Of a stretch of 64,000 nt of DNA, positions 62,529 through 64,000 are shown one piece after another (the stretch's first letter is position 1; each line of letters opens with the position of its first letter). The translations under genes and the position numbers were made by a program. The notes beneath the pieces were generated by a model, which was not told the DNA's origin, made no database searches, and was given only the letters and a program-made list of their open reading frames with translations. The DNA comes from Tepidisphaera sp. (GTDB lineage: Bacteria > Planctomycetota > Phycisphaerae > Phycisphaerales > UBA1924), in NCBI GenBank assembly GCA_050916045.1, contig CP051526.1, forward strand, positions 2,528,001 through 2,592,000. Direction: 5' to 3'.

Positions 62529-64000
62529 ATGAGCAAGGGTCCCGCGCGAATCCACGAGCTGCGCGAGCTTCTCACACGCGCCAACCGCGCGTACTACGTC
62601 GACGCTTCCCCCATCATGCCCGACCTCGAGTTCGACAAGCTCCTCGCCGAGCTCGCCGACCTCGAAGCCAAGCACCCCGACCTCGCCGACCCCGACTCCC
62701 CCACCCGCCGCGTCGGCGGCGAACCCATCGATGGCTTCAAGCAGGTCAAGCACGCCGTCCCGATGCTCTCGATCGACAATTCGTACGACGAGAACGCGGT
62801 CCGCGAATGGACCGCCCGCGTCTCACGCGGTCTCAATGACGCGGGCCTCTTCGGAAGCTCCGACATCGGCTACATCGCCGAACCCAAAATCGACGGCGTC
62901 GCCCTCGCACTCCGCTACGAGAACGGCAAGCTCATCCACGCCGTCACGCGCGGCGACGGCGTCACCGGCGATGATGTCATGCACGCCGCACGCGTCATCC
63001 CCGCCATCCCGCTGACTTTACAGAGCCCGCAGCGCAAGCAAGGGTCTTCGGCTTCCATGCCCGAGGTCCTCGAGGTCCGCGGCGAGGTCTTCATGACCAC
63101 CAAACGCTTCGCCGCCATCAACCAGGAACTCGAGGACGCCGGCGAGGACCTCCTCGCCAACCCACGCAACGCCACCGTCGGCACCATCAAGAACCTCGAC
63201 CCCAAGCTCATCGCCCGCCGCAAGCTCTCCTTCATCGCCCACGGCCGCGGCGAGGTCTCCCCCGGCTTCGCATCCTCCCACTCCGAGTTCCTCGCGTGCA
63301 TCAAGGACCTCGGCGTCCCCGTCAGCCCCCACCTCGTCCCCTGCAAGTCCGTCGACGACATCCTCCGCGCGATCGAAGCCTTCGCCGAAGCCCGCCGCCA
63401 CCTCGACTACGCCACCGACGGCATGGTCGTCCGCGTCGACCGCTTCGACCAGCAGGAACAACTCGGCCTGACCTCCAAAAGCCCGCGCTGGGCCATCGCG
63501 TACAAGTACCCGCCCGACCGCAAGCCGACGATCCTCCTCGACGTCCTCCACCAGGTCGGCAAAACCGGCAAGATCACGCCCCGCGCCGTCATGGAGCCCG
63601 TCCACCTCGCCGGCACCACCGTCAAACACGCCACCCTCCACAACTACGGCCAGATCCGCCAGAAAGACATCCGCCTCGGCGACACCATCGAGGTCGAAAA
63701 AGCCGGCGAGATCATCCCCTACGTCGTCGGCGTCGTCCTCGCGAAGCGCCCCGCGGACGCGAAGCCAATCGTCGCCCCCGAGGTCTGCCCCCAGTGCGGC
63801 GGCCCCGTCGAGCCCGAGTATCCCGACGCCGACAACCCCACGCCCGAATCCGAATCCGCCCGCCGCTGCATCAACCCCGAGTGCCCAGCTCAGGTCCGCG
63901 AGAAGCTCGTCTGGTTCTGCGGCCGCAAGCAGATGGACATTGAAGGCCTGGGCGAGAAAACCATCGACCAGATCCGTGCCGAAGCACCCGACGTCCCGCT
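62529..64000 (+). CDS. ligA: NAD-dependent DNA ligase, 3'-partial
   Basis: Translated by eye: ANRAYY, PDSPTRRVG, PMLSIDN, EPKIDG, TRGDG, EVRGE, NPRN, PRWAIAYK, ATLHN and KAGEIIP. Confidence 0.97.
   Translation, partial: MSKGPARIHELRELLTRANRAYYVDASPIMPDLEFDKLLAELADLEAKHPDLADPDSPTRRVGGEPIDGFKQVKHAVPMLSIDNSYDENAVREWTARVSRGLNDAGLFGSSDIGYIAEPKIDGVALALRYENGKLIHAVTRGDGVTGDDVMHAARVIPAIPLTLQSPQRKQGSSASMPEVLEVRGEVFMTTKRFAAINQELEDAGEDLLANPRNATVGTIKNLDPKLIARRKLSFIAHGRGEVSPGFASSHSEFLACIKDLGVPVSPHLVPCKSVDDILRAIEAFAEARRHLDYATDGMVVRVDRFDQQEQLGLTSKSPRWAIAYKYPPDRKPTILLDVLHQVGKTGKITPRAVMEPVHLAGTTVKHATLHNYGQIRQKDIRLGDTIEVEKAGEIIPYVVGVVLAKRPADAKPIVAPEVCPQCGGPVEPEYPDADNPTPESESARRCINPECPAQVREKLVWFCGRKQMDIEGLGEKTIDQIRAEAPDVP

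Noticed and set aside
1..64000. CRISPR array, IS/transposase, integrase, prophage, rRNA
   Set aside because: No spaced repeat array or diagnostic genes were seen.

Overview
High-GC bacterial chromosomal window. The gene set points to a planctomycete, most likely Phycisphaerae (inference from the C-terminal 'GC-type dockerin' proteins, an ECF sigma + Ser/Thr kinase module and the rpsF-ssb-rplI order). Core content: five tRNAs (Gln x2, Ile, Lys, Val), hpf-EIIA-HPr, a glmU(N)/prs fusion-rplY-pth-rpsF-ssb-rplI operon, SNF2 helicase + SWIM protein, waaA, 2-oxoacid dehydrogenase subunits, a LysW-type lysine operon (lysW-X-Y-Z-K), cinA, a B12 acyl-CoA mutase with isobutyryl-CoA mutase signature residues, tyrS, gcvT and a partial ligA. 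The most notable unannotated signals are: (1) an apparently complete Lys-codon leader-peptide attenuator in front of the LysW operon (promoter, AAA-rich leader ORF, antiterminator and terminator); (2) a roughly 190-nt structured RNA upstream of gcvT that has glycine-aptamer-like parts in non-canonical order; (3) three tandem divergent lipoprotein paralogues with an orphan dockerin remnant and hairpin between two of them; (4) lesions confined to accessory genes (two in-frame stops, one -1 frameshift at a slippery heptamer); (5) a low-GC solo PD-(D/E)xK nuclease-like gene. No CRISPR array, rRNA, transposase or integrase was seen. All calls are by eye; no searches or folding programs were run.
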